32,000 bases of DNA, taken from Desulfotalea psychrophila LSv54. GTDB taxonomy: Bacteria > Desulfobacterota > Desulfobulbia > Desulfobulbales > Desulfocapsaceae. Shown piece after piece: positions 8,935 to 16,436 of the stretch (positions are counted from its first letter, which is position 1; every line of letters begins with the position of its first letter). Both the position numbers and the translations under genes were made by a program. The notes under the pieces were generated by a model, which was not told the DNA's origin, made no database searches, and saw only the letters and a program-made list of their open reading frames with translations. Where the stretch lies: NCBI RefSeq assembly GCF_000025945.1, contig NC_006138.1, forward strand, positions 1,230,001-1,262,000, given 5' to 3'.

Positions 8935-9542
8935 ATGCCCTGGTTGATCTTGCCTTTGATGATAGGAGAACGATGCGTTTTATGCAACGTCTCCTCTATA
9001 CGCCCTCCGACGATATTCGCTGGCATGTGGCCTGGGTCATAGGCTCTGTTGCAGCGCGGGTGTCAACGCGTGAGCCGGGACAGGTATCTGAGCTTTTGCA
9101 TCGTCTTTTTGAGTCAACCCTGGATTCTGCCGCTGCCCCATGGGGAATGATAGAGACCATGGGCTATGTAATAGCTAAACGACCCGACATTTTTGGCGCC
9201 TTTGCCCGTCATTTGTTGAACTTATTGGGTGAGCCCTCTACTGAAATGCAAATTATCTGGGGACTTGGTGAAATTGCCAAGACCAGACCGGATCTTATCA
9301 GGGCGACCCCTTTTTATAATTTATTTCATTTTCTGCAACATCCACTCCCTCTTATGCGTGGCCTCGTGGCCCGGCTTATGGGGAATCTACAGGCAACGGA
9401 GGTGACTACTCAGTTGATGTCACTCTTCGATGATAATGAGTCTATTCGCATCTGCGAAGAGGGTCAAATGGTAGATACAACGGTTGCAGATGAAGCGAAA
9501 AAGGCGCTTGCCGCCATTCGTCAAGGAGAGAAGAATGAGTAA
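8850..9542 (+). CDS. HEAT / PBS-lyase-like repeat protein; possibly the C-terminal part of one frameshifted gene with 8401..
   Basis: Helical repeats with HEAT-like signatures (DDIRWHVAWVIGSVAA, EMQIIWGLGEIAK, PLMRGLVARLMGNL). There is no Shine-Dalgarno before ATG 8850 or TTG 8844. This frame is open back to 8766 with no start codon in between. Confidence 0.6.
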   Translation: MEPVLDDRRTRKRASKKIVKDLVDQSDIDALVDLAFDDRRTMRFMQRLLYTPSDDIRWHVAWVIGSVAARVSTREPGQVSELLHRLFESTLDSAAAPWGMIETMGYVIAKRPDIFGAFARHLLNLLGEPSTEMQIIWGLGEIAKTRPDLIRATPFYNLFHFLQHPLPLMRGLVARLMGNLQATEVTTQLMSLFDDNESIRICEEGQMVDTTVADEAKKALAAIRQGEKNE

Positions 9543-10149
9543 TTTACAGAGTCTTGAGTCGATCATGCCCATGGCAGATGCCCCTGTTCAAGAAGAGAAG
9601 AAGAAGAAACCTCTGGAGCCTGTTGAGCAGGAGTATGAAGAGGGAAAGAAATTTTTGGCAAATGGAAATACCGCTCAGGCGGCTGTTGCCTTTCATAATG
9701 TCCTTCTTGCCCGTGAAGAAGAGGGTAATGAGACTGGTGTGGCCAATGCCTGTAATCAGCTTGGTAATGTCTGCATGGCCCGGGAAGAATATCTGCAGGC
9801 ACGGGAGCATTTTCAACGCGCCTGGAAAATTTGTGATAAGCTCTTTGATCAGATGAGCCTTATGTCCCTGAATCGTCAATTTCTGGCAATTCATCGTGCT
9901 CTTAAGGAGTATGATGAGGCAATTAACATGACCTTGGATATATTTGACATCTATAGTGAGAATCGTGATCCTCATGGAAGTGTTGACGTGCTTGAAGAGT
10001 TGGCTGACATTTACCAGGATGCAGGTAAGGTGAGCAAGGCTGCAGATACCTATAGAACCATTGCCTCGATTCATAAAAACTACAAGCATAATAAGATTGC
10101 TGCAGGCTTTGTTGAAAAGGCAGAAGAGCTGGACAAATCTGCTCAATAG
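9535..10149 (+). CDS. TPR-like helical-repeat protein
   Basis: 204 aa from ATG 9535 (MSNLQSLE), preceded by AAGGAGAG. The start overlaps the upstream stop (ATGAGTAA). A Lys/Glu-rich N-terminus is followed by TPR-like helix pairs. Confidence 0.7.
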   Translation: MSNLQSLESIMPMADAPVQEEKKKKPLEPVEQEYEEGKKFLANGNTAQAAVAFHNVLLAREEEGNETGVANACNQLGNVCMAREEYLQAREHFQRAWKICDKLFDQMSLMSLNRQFLAIHRALKEYDEAINMTLDIFDIYSENRDPHGSVDVLEELADIYQDAGKVSKAADTYRTIASIHKNYKHNKIAAGFVEKAEELDKSAQ

Positions 10150-10234
10150 TGAGCTATACTTTTTGAGGCTTGTGTTTCACTCGCAGGCCTTTCCTGTTCA
10201 GGGTGAATTTAAGATTTAAGGGGATGTGAGCCAC

Positions 10235-10894
10235 ATGTTTACAGGTATTGTGCAGGGAAAGGGGAAATTACTTGGCAAGCGAAAGGCAGGTGGTGGACTC
10301 TCCTTCGATCTGGAAGCAGGTTTTGACCTCTCTGATCCTCAGGAGGGCGAGTCCATTGCCATCTGTGGTGTTTGTCTGACCGCCTATAATATTGTCGGTC
10401 GTAGGTTCCTGGCCGATGTCTCCCCGGAGACCCTTTCCAGGACACGTCTTGGTCGTTTGAACACCGGTGATGCTGTTAACATGGAGCGGGCTCTGCAGGT
10501 CACTGATCGTCTTGGTGGCCATATTGTCTCGGGGCATGTTGACTGTTTGGCAAGTTTGAGTGCTTTGAAAAAGGTTGGTAATTTTACACTGTTAAACTTT
10601 TCTTTTCCAACAGAATATAGCCATTATATGATAGAAAAGGGCTCTGTCACCATTGATGGGGTGAGTCTCACCATAAATGATTGCGGAGATGATTGTTTTT
10701 CGGTATCAATTATTCCACAGACTTTGAGAGAGACAACACTAGGGGATCTTGTTGTGGGGAGCAGGGTGAATATTGAAGTGGATATTATTGGCAAATACGT
10801 AGAAAAATTATTGAAGCGAGGAGGAGAGGGAGGGAAGGTCTCCCAAACGAGTTCCATTGATACTCGTTTTCTTGCTGAGAACGGTTTTCTGTAG
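10235..10894 (+). CDS. ribE: riboflavin synthase (alpha chain)
   Basis: Canonical N-terminus MFTGIVQGKG, and an internal duplicate lumazine-binding repeat (GGHIVSGHVD...GSVTIDGVSLTI). AAGGGGA lies 10 nt upstream of the ATG. Confidence 0.9.
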   Translation: MFTGIVQGKGKLLGKRKAGGGLSFDLEAGFDLSDPQEGESIAICGVCLTAYNIVGRRFLADVSPETLSRTRLGRLNTGDAVNMERALQVTDRLGGHIVSGHVDCLASLSALKKVGNFTLLNFSFPTEYSHYMIEKGSVTIDGVSLTINDCGDDCFSVSIIPQTLRETTLGDLVVGSRVNIEVDIIGKYVEKLLKRGGEGGKVSQTSSIDTRFLAENGFL

Positions 10895-10956
10895 CATTTA
10901 ACGGGCGTGCATTGTCTGAGCCGATTTTTATATTTTATAAGGAAAGTGTGAACGTT

Positions 10957-12168
10957 ATGGCCGTAAGTTCTATTGAAGAAGCAATTGAAGATATCAAAGC
11001 AGGAAAGATGGTTATCTTGGTTGATGATGAAGATCGAGAAAATGAAGGTGATCTTTGCATGGCCGCAGAGTTTGTTGCTGCCGCTGACATCAACTTTATG
11101 GCAACCCATGGTCGTGGTCTTATCTGTCTGACCTTGACTCCAAAGCTTGTTGATCAGCTTGCCCTGCCAATGATGGTTCAAGAGAATAAGTCTCCGTACG
11201 GTACTGGCTTTACTATTAGTATTGAGGCGAAGACAGGCGTGGAAACGGGTATTTCTGCAGCTGATCGAGCCCGTACTATTCAGGTCGCCGTAGCAGATGG
11301 TGCCGGACCACAGGACTTGGTCAGCCCTGGACATGTTTTTCCTCTTCGTGCTCGCGAAGGTGGTGTGCTCTGTCGTACAGGACAAACCGAGGGATCTGTT
11401 GATCTTGCTCGTCTTTCTGGGGCGACTCCTGCCGGTGTTATTTGTGAAATCATGAAGGATGATGGCACCATGGCCCGCATGCCGGATCTTGAGATTTTTG
11501 CCGCTGAACATGAATTGAAAATTGTAACCGTAGCAGATCTGGTTGAGTACAGATTGCGTCAGGATTTACTTGTTCACCGTCAGGTTGCGGCGCGTATTCC
11601 CACCGCTGATGCGGGTGAATTTACCGCTATTGTTTATACCAATGATGTTGATAATTTTGAGCATTTGGCTCTGGTTAAGGGTGATCTTGAGGCTGCCGAA
11701 GAAGTACTTGTGCGGGTTCATTCAGAATGTCTTACCGGTGATCTCTTTGGCTCTGCTCGCTGTGATTGTGGCCCCCAACTTCATGAGGCCATGCGTATGA
11801 TTGACCGAGCCGGTTGTGGTGTTGTCCTTTATATGCGTCAAGAGGGTCGTGGTATTGGCCTGATTAACAAACTGAAGGCCTATAATCTTCAGGACAATCA
11901 AGGCCTTGATACTGTAGAGGCGAACATCGAGCTTGGCTTTAAGGCAGATCTTCGTGACTATGGTATCGGTGCTCAGATATTGCGTGATCTTGGTATTACC
12001 AAGATGTCTCTTCTTACCAACAATCCAAAGAAAATTATCGGCCTTGAGGGTTATGGTATTGAAGTGATTTCTCGGGTGCCCATTGAAATTGAGGCAAGTG
12101 AGGAAAATGAAGGCTATCTGAGATGTAAGCGGGATAGGATGGGACATTTGTTGAATATGAAAGAGTAG
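10957..12168 (+). CDS. ribBA: bifunctional 3,4-dihydroxy-2-butanone-4-phosphate synthase / GTP cyclohydrolase II
   Basis: DHBP synthase motifs ([19 protein letters not shown]) and GTP cyclohydrolase II motifs ([32 protein letters not shown]). The start is set at ATG 10957 ([10 protein letters not shown]), behind AAGGAAAG. Confidence 0.9.
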   Translation: MAVSSIEEAIEDIKAGKMVILVDDEDRENEGDLCMAAEFVAAADINFMATHGRGLICLTLTPKLVDQLALPMMVQENKSPYGTGFTISIEAKTGVETGISAADRARTIQVAVADGAGPQDLVSPGHVFPLRAREGGVLCRTGQTEGSVDLARLSGATPAGVICEIMKDDGTMARMPDLEIFAAEHELKIVTVADLVEYRLRQDLLVHRQVAARIPTADAGEFTAIVYTNDVDNFEHLALVKGDLEAAEEVLVRVHSECLTGDLFGSARCDCGPQLHEAMRMIDRAGCGVVLYMRQEGRGIGLINKLKAYNLQDNQGLDTVEANIELGFKADLRDYGIGAQILRDLGITKMSLLTNNPKKIIGLEGYGIEVISRVPIEIEASEENEGYLRCKRDRMGHLLNMKE

Positions 12169-12222
12169 TTTTTTTCAGTCTTTGCAGGTGACTTATAAAG
12201 TACAAATAAAAAAGGTGGTAAT

Positions 12223-12690
12223 ATGCCCAATTTTATAGAAGGTAATTTGAAGGCTGATGGTAAAAAATTTGCAATTATTGTTGCTCGTTTTAACTCATTC
12301 ATCTCTGATAAATTGTTAGACGGTGCCCTTGATAGTCTTGTTCGTTCCGGTGCTACAGACAGTGATATTGATGTTGTTCGTGTTCCTGGTGCCTATGAGA
12401 TCCCTCTTATTGCCAAGAAACTTGCAGCTTCCCTCAAATACGATGCGGTGATCTGTCTGGGTGCAGTTATCCGTGGGGCTACCCCGCACTTTGATGTTGT
12501 GGTAAACGAGGTTTCAAAGGGATCTGCTCAGGTAAGCCTTGAGACCGGTGTGCCTGTCCTCTTCGGTGTGTTGACCACCGAGACCATCGAGCAGGCCATA
12601 GAGCGCAGTGGCACCAAGGCCGGTAATAAGGGCTCTGATGTTGCTATTGCCGCTATTGAGATGGCAAATCTCGTGGATGCTTTGCAGTAA
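12223..12690 (+). CDS. ribH: 6,7-dimethyl-8-ribityllumazine synthase
   Basis: 155 aa with [33 protein letters not shown] and TKAGNKG motifs. Confidence 0.93.
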   Translation: MPNFIEGNLKADGKKFAIIVARFNSFISDKLLDGALDSLVRSGATDSDIDVVRVPGAYEIPLIAKKLAASLKYDAVICLGAVIRGATPHFDVVVNEVSKGSAQVSLETGVPVLFGVLTTETIEQAIERSGTKAGNKGSDVAIAAIEMANLVDALQ

Positions 12691-12753
12691 AGATTGAGCT
12701 GTAAGCTGTTATGGGGCCATCTTCTGTGGAGGTGGCCACCTGTTGGAGAGTTG

Positions 12754-12799
12754 GAGTTGAACCCATCTGTAAAAATACGGATGGGTCAGCTCTTTTTTT
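12754..12799 (+). terminator. intrinsic terminator after ribH
   Basis: GAGTTGAACCCATC / GATGGGTCAGCTC stem (13 bp, one bulged A and one G-U pair) with a 12-nt loop, followed directly by T7. Confidence 0.65.
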
Positions 12800-12886
12800 G
12801 TTTCTGTTTAGAGAGCATCCTGTTACCCTTGTCTCCTATCCATAATGAAACATTACGAACTAGAAATTATTTAAGGTGTTAGGTAC

Positions 12887-13312
12887 ATGAGTATTCGACG
12901 TTTTGCTCGAGAGGCTGCTTTGCAATTTTTATATCAGGATGATTTTATTCCTGAGTCCGCTGACACTCCTGGCGAATTAAAAGAAAGATTCGAGCAGTTT
13001 TGTGAAATATATCAGGTGAATAAAAAGGGACGTACCTATGCCCTTAATCTTATTGCCGGAGTACTGGCCGATCAGGAGGCCATTGATCGTTTGATTGAGG
13101 AGGCCGCTGTAAATTGGCGTATGAGCCGTATTTCTGCCACCGATCGTAACCTTCTCCGTGTTGCAACGTTTGAGATAAATTTTTGCGACGATGTGCCGGC
13201 AGAGGTTGCCATTAACGAAGCAGTGGAGATTGCCAAGCGTTTTTGTGGCGATGAGTCACCTAAGTTTGTCAACGGTGTGCTTGACGCAGTAAAAACACTC
13301 TGTCAAAAATAG
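12887..13312 (+). CDS. nusB: transcription antitermination factor NusB
   Basis: 141 aa with a NusB-like sequence (RRFAREAALQFLYQ, AINEAVEIAKRF, KFVNGVLD). Confidence 0.9.
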   Translation: MSIRRFAREAALQFLYQDDFIPESADTPGELKERFEQFCEIYQVNKKGRTYALNLIAGVLADQEAIDRLIEEAAVNWRMSRISATDRNLLRVATFEINFCDDVPAEVAINEAVEIAKRFCGDESPKFVNGVLDAVKTLCQK

Positions 13313-13557
13313 TCATTATTTCTATGACTCTTGGTTTGCGGAATGCCTTGAAATATCATTTTCAAGGCATTCTGTGGCCATTCTTCCTCCTGCTATTCTC
13401 TTCTTCGTCTCTGCTCTTCTGAAAACTGGACCTCTGTTCACCTGCTTGCTTTTTTTATTTAGAACTCTATATGATAGAGATATATGTTTGCGCGGTCTGG
13501 AAAAGATCTTTGCCGCAATCTGTCTCTATTTTGAAGTCCTATTTGTGGAGGTGTCCT

Positions 13558-15675
13558 ATGGCCAGGAAGCAGGAGGCGATACGGCCCGATTTTCGTCAGG
13601 AAGTGGTGGCTGTTTTAGGGGGATTCTCGGCAATATTTTTGTTGTTTAGTCTTGTTTCGCGCTCTCTGGCGGATTCGGTGAACTGGTGCGGCTGGTTAGG
13701 CGGATCGCTGGCAAATTCACTCTTTGCTTTTATCGGTTATGGAGCCTATCTCCTTGTTCTTATTTTGTTTTGTGTCTCTCTTTCTGCTCTCTTTTCTAAA
13801 ATATCCCCTCAACGTTTTATCCAACTCAGTTTAGCTCTTGCCGGAGTTTTACTCTCTTTTTGTGGGCTGTTGCATTCTCTATTCCTAGCGGATCCGGCCC
13901 TGCATGGTTTTGGTGGTTTTTTGGGAGAGATTGTTTATGTATCTCTCCAGTCCACTGTCGGCCTTGCCGGGACCTTTCTTGTCCTGTTCTGTGCCCTTCT
14001 CCTTTCTGGGATGCTTGTCTCCCAATGCTCTCTCTATGCCATGGCTTTTTCTTTGGCTCATCTGCTCTCCTACGCTATGAGTTGTTGGCTGAGCCTTGTC
14101 GTCTGGTTGTGTCATGTTCTGTGGAAAAAGAGGACGAGGTCTGAGGTAAATCTGGGGAGAAAGATGAGATCTCATTCTACTCAGAGTGGAGTTCCTCTGG
14201 TCCGGGAAATTGCCATGGTAGAGGGCCCTGTGGATCAAGGGTTTACCGCTCAGCCTGTGGCCCGTGGTGCTTGGCGTATTCCCCCCCTCTCGCTATTATC
14301 TCACAATAAACAGGACAGTGTAAGCTTAGATAAATCTGTCTATTATGGAATTTCTGCAGAGCTGGAGAAACAGCTTAATAACTTTTCTGTTCAGGGCAAG
14401 GTGGTGGGGGTTGTTCCAGGTCCCGTTGTCACCACCTATGAGTATGCTCCTGCCCCGGGCGTTAAGATTAGCAAGATAGTGGGCTTGGCCAATGACCTTG
14501 CCCTTGGCTTGAAGGTCAGGTCTGTGCGTGTGGTTGGCTCGATTCCCGGTAAGGCTGCCCTTGGTATTGAAATACCAAATGAACATCGGCAGATGGTTTT
14601 TATTCGTGATCTCTTGAGTAGAGGTGAATATCAAAAAAATAGCGATAAATTGACCGTTGCCCTTGGCCTTGATGTGGTTGGTAATCCTGTCATGGCAAAT
14701 TTGGCCAAGATGCCTCATCTACTTATAGCCGGTGCTACTGGTGCAGGTAAGAGTGTGGGGATCAATACTATCATTGCCTCTATCCTCTATAAGGCGACTC
14801 CGGATGAGGTGCGTTTTTTGTTAGTTGACCCGAAGAGAATTGAACTTTCCGGTTATGAGGGGATCCCTCATCTGCTCCATCCTGTGGTGGTTGATCCCGG
14901 GATGGCCTCCAGGGCCCTTGCTTGGGCTGTGGCCGAGATGAAACGTCGATATTGCCTTTTGGCGGAGGCAGGAGTGAAGAGCTTTGCCTCTTATAATAAG
15001 CAAAAAGAGACAGAAAAACTACCATATATTGTGATTGTCGTGGATGAGCTTGCTGATCTTATGATGGTTGCCTCAAAGGATGTTGAAGACTCCATTGCCA
15101 GTCTTGCCCAGATGGCACGGGCTGCCGGTATGCATATGATCCTAGCAACACACCGGCCATCGGTTGATGTGCTCCCCGGAGTTATAAAGCCAAATTTTCC
15201 TCCCAGAATATCCTTTAAGGTTTCCTCCAGGGTTGATTCTCGAACTATTCTTGACTGTATCGGTGCAGAGCAGCTTTTGGGGGCCGGTGATATGCTGTTT
15301 TTACCACCAGGTACCTCCGCTCTTATGCGCATTCACGGTGCCTATATATCTGAAAAGGAAACTGCTGATATCGTAGACTTTTTTAAAGAGCAGGGGGCGA
15401 CTAATTATGATAAAAATATTATTGAGCAGATAAAGAAGGAGAAACAAGGTGATGGGGCTGGAGGTGATGATCAGGCTCGGGACCCCCGTTACGACGAGGC
15501 AGTTGTCCTGGTGACAGAGGCTGGTCAAGCCTCGATTTCCCTGGTTCAAAGGCGGATGCGAATAGGCTACAACCGTGCTGCACGCATGATAGAGCTTATG
15601 GAGAGAGAGGGGCTTGTCGGCCCAGCTGATGGAGCAAAGGCTCGCCAAGTTCTGGTCCGGCAGGAGTATAATTGA
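13558..15675 (+). CDS. ftsK: DNA translocase FtsK
   Basis: N-terminal polytopic membrane domain, a linker, then a motor domain with Walker A GATGAGKS and Walker B IVVDELADL. The C-terminal gamma winged-helix reads SISLVQRRMRIGYNRAARMIELME. The start is set at ATG 13558 (MARKQEA), behind GGAGGTG. Confidence 0.88.
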   Translation: MARKQEAIRPDFRQEVVAVLGGFSAIFLLFSLVSRSLADSVNWCGWLGGSLANSLFAFIGYGAYLLVLILFCVSLSALFSKISPQRFIQLSLALAGVLLSFCGLLHSLFLADPALHGFGGFLGEIVYVSLQSTVGLAGTFLVLFCALLLSGMLVSQCSLYAMAFSLAHLLSYAMSCWLSLVVWLCHVLWKKRTRSEVNLGRKMRSHSTQSGVPLVREIAMVEGPVDQGFTAQPVARGAWRIPPLSLLSHNKQDSVSLDKSVYYGISAELEKQLNNFSVQGKVVGVVPGPVVTTYEYAPAPGVKISKIVGLANDLALGLKVRSVRVVGSIPGKAALGIEIPNEHRQMVFIRDLLSRGEYQKNSDKLTVALGLDVVGNPVMANLAKMPHLLIAGATGAGKSVGINTIIASILYKATPDEVRFLLVDPKRIELSGYEGIPHLLHPVVVDPGMASRALAWAVAEMKRRYCLLAEAGVKSFASYNKQKETEKLPYIVIVVDELADLMMVASKDVEDSIASLAQMARAAGMHMILATHRPSVDVLPGVIKPNFPPRISFKVSSRVDSRTILDCIGAEQLLGAGDMLFLPPGTSALMRIHGAYISEKETADIVDFFKEQGATNYDKNIIEQIKKEKQGDGAGGDDQARDPRYDEAVVLVTEAGQASISLVQRRMRIGYNRAARMIELMEREGLVGPADGAKARQVLVRQEYN

Positions 15676-15722
15676 TTATAAAAAGAACTAAAATTGATCA
15701 ATGTTTGTGTTTGGAAAATATG

Positions 15723-15751
15723 TTGACAAGAATTTAATAACACACTATAAA
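15723..15751 (+). promoter_or_regulatory. strong sigma70-like promoter of the apr operon
   Basis: Consensus TTGACA-17 nt-TATAAA. It predicts a leader of about 185 nt before the aprB ATG. Confidence 0.55.
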
Positions 15752-15943
15752 AAACAGATACCCAAGAATTACCAAGCACCAAGTTGTTTTGTTAGCATGT
15801 TAAATTACTCGAAGCACATGAACCAGCCTTGACAGGCATCTGTGTTAGAGAGAGCCCACCACCAGTACTAGTTTTAGTATAGTTTAAGTAGGAGCCAAAT
15901 TATTGGAGCCGCAACAGTTAAAACAAGCTGAGGAGGTAGTTTA

Positions 15944-16360
15944 ATGCCAAGTTATGTAGATCCTGCCAAATGTGATGGTTGCAAAGGTGGCGATAAGACC
16001 GCGTGCATGTACATCTGTCCGAATGACCTGATGGTTTTAGATAAAGTTTCAATGAAAGCTTATAATCAAGAGCCTGATGGATGTTGGGAGTGTTACTCAT
16101 GCGTTAAGATCTGTCCCCAAGGAGCCATTTTTGTCCGCGGATACGATGATTTCGTACCAATGGGCGGACAAGTTCATCCCATGAGAAGTGCTGATTCTAT
16201 TATGTGGACCGTTAAATTTCGTAACGGTGCCCTGAAGCGCTTCAAATTCCCTATTCGTACAACGGCTGAGGGTGCCGCAAATGCTTATGTTGGAGCGGCT
16301 GGAGCCAGTCTTGATGACGAACGCCTGCTTCTTGAAGGCGAGCTGCCAACACCTAAGTAA
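15944..16360 (+). CDS. aprB: adenylylsulfate (APS) reductase, beta subunit
   Basis: 138 aa with two ferredoxin-type cluster motifs (CDGCKGGDKTACMYICP, CWECYSCVKICP). It lies immediately upstream of aprA, and GAGGAGG precedes the ATG. Confidence 0.93.
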   Translation: MPSYVDPAKCDGCKGGDKTACMYICPNDLMVLDKVSMKAYNQEPDGCWECYSCVKICPQGAIFVRGYDDFVPMGGQVHPMRSADSIMWTVKFRNGALKRFKFPIRTTAEGAANAYVGAAGASLDDERLLLEGELPTPK

Positions 16361-16436
16361 CCGTATTTTCTAAAAAAACAGATCAGTATTTTTAAAAATA
16401 TAATTTGCAGAAAATCTTTAGTCAGGAGATTTGAAT

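Noticed and set aside
12694-12882. 62-aa ORF between ribH and nusB. The 91-aa ORF at 13374..13649 before ftsK and the 61-aa ORF at 3674..3859 are similar cases.
   Set aside because: They span terminator hairpins or promoter regions, lack Shine-Dalgarno sequences, and have odd composition. The 13374 ORF also overlaps the ftsK start in another frame.
15694-15740. Possible FNR/CRP (HcpR-type) box near the apr promoter.
   Set aside because: TTGATCAA lacks the 4-nt spacer of the TTGAT-N4-ATCAA consensus, and the TTGAC of the -35 has no matching right half-site. I mention it only as a palindrome in the apr-leader finding.
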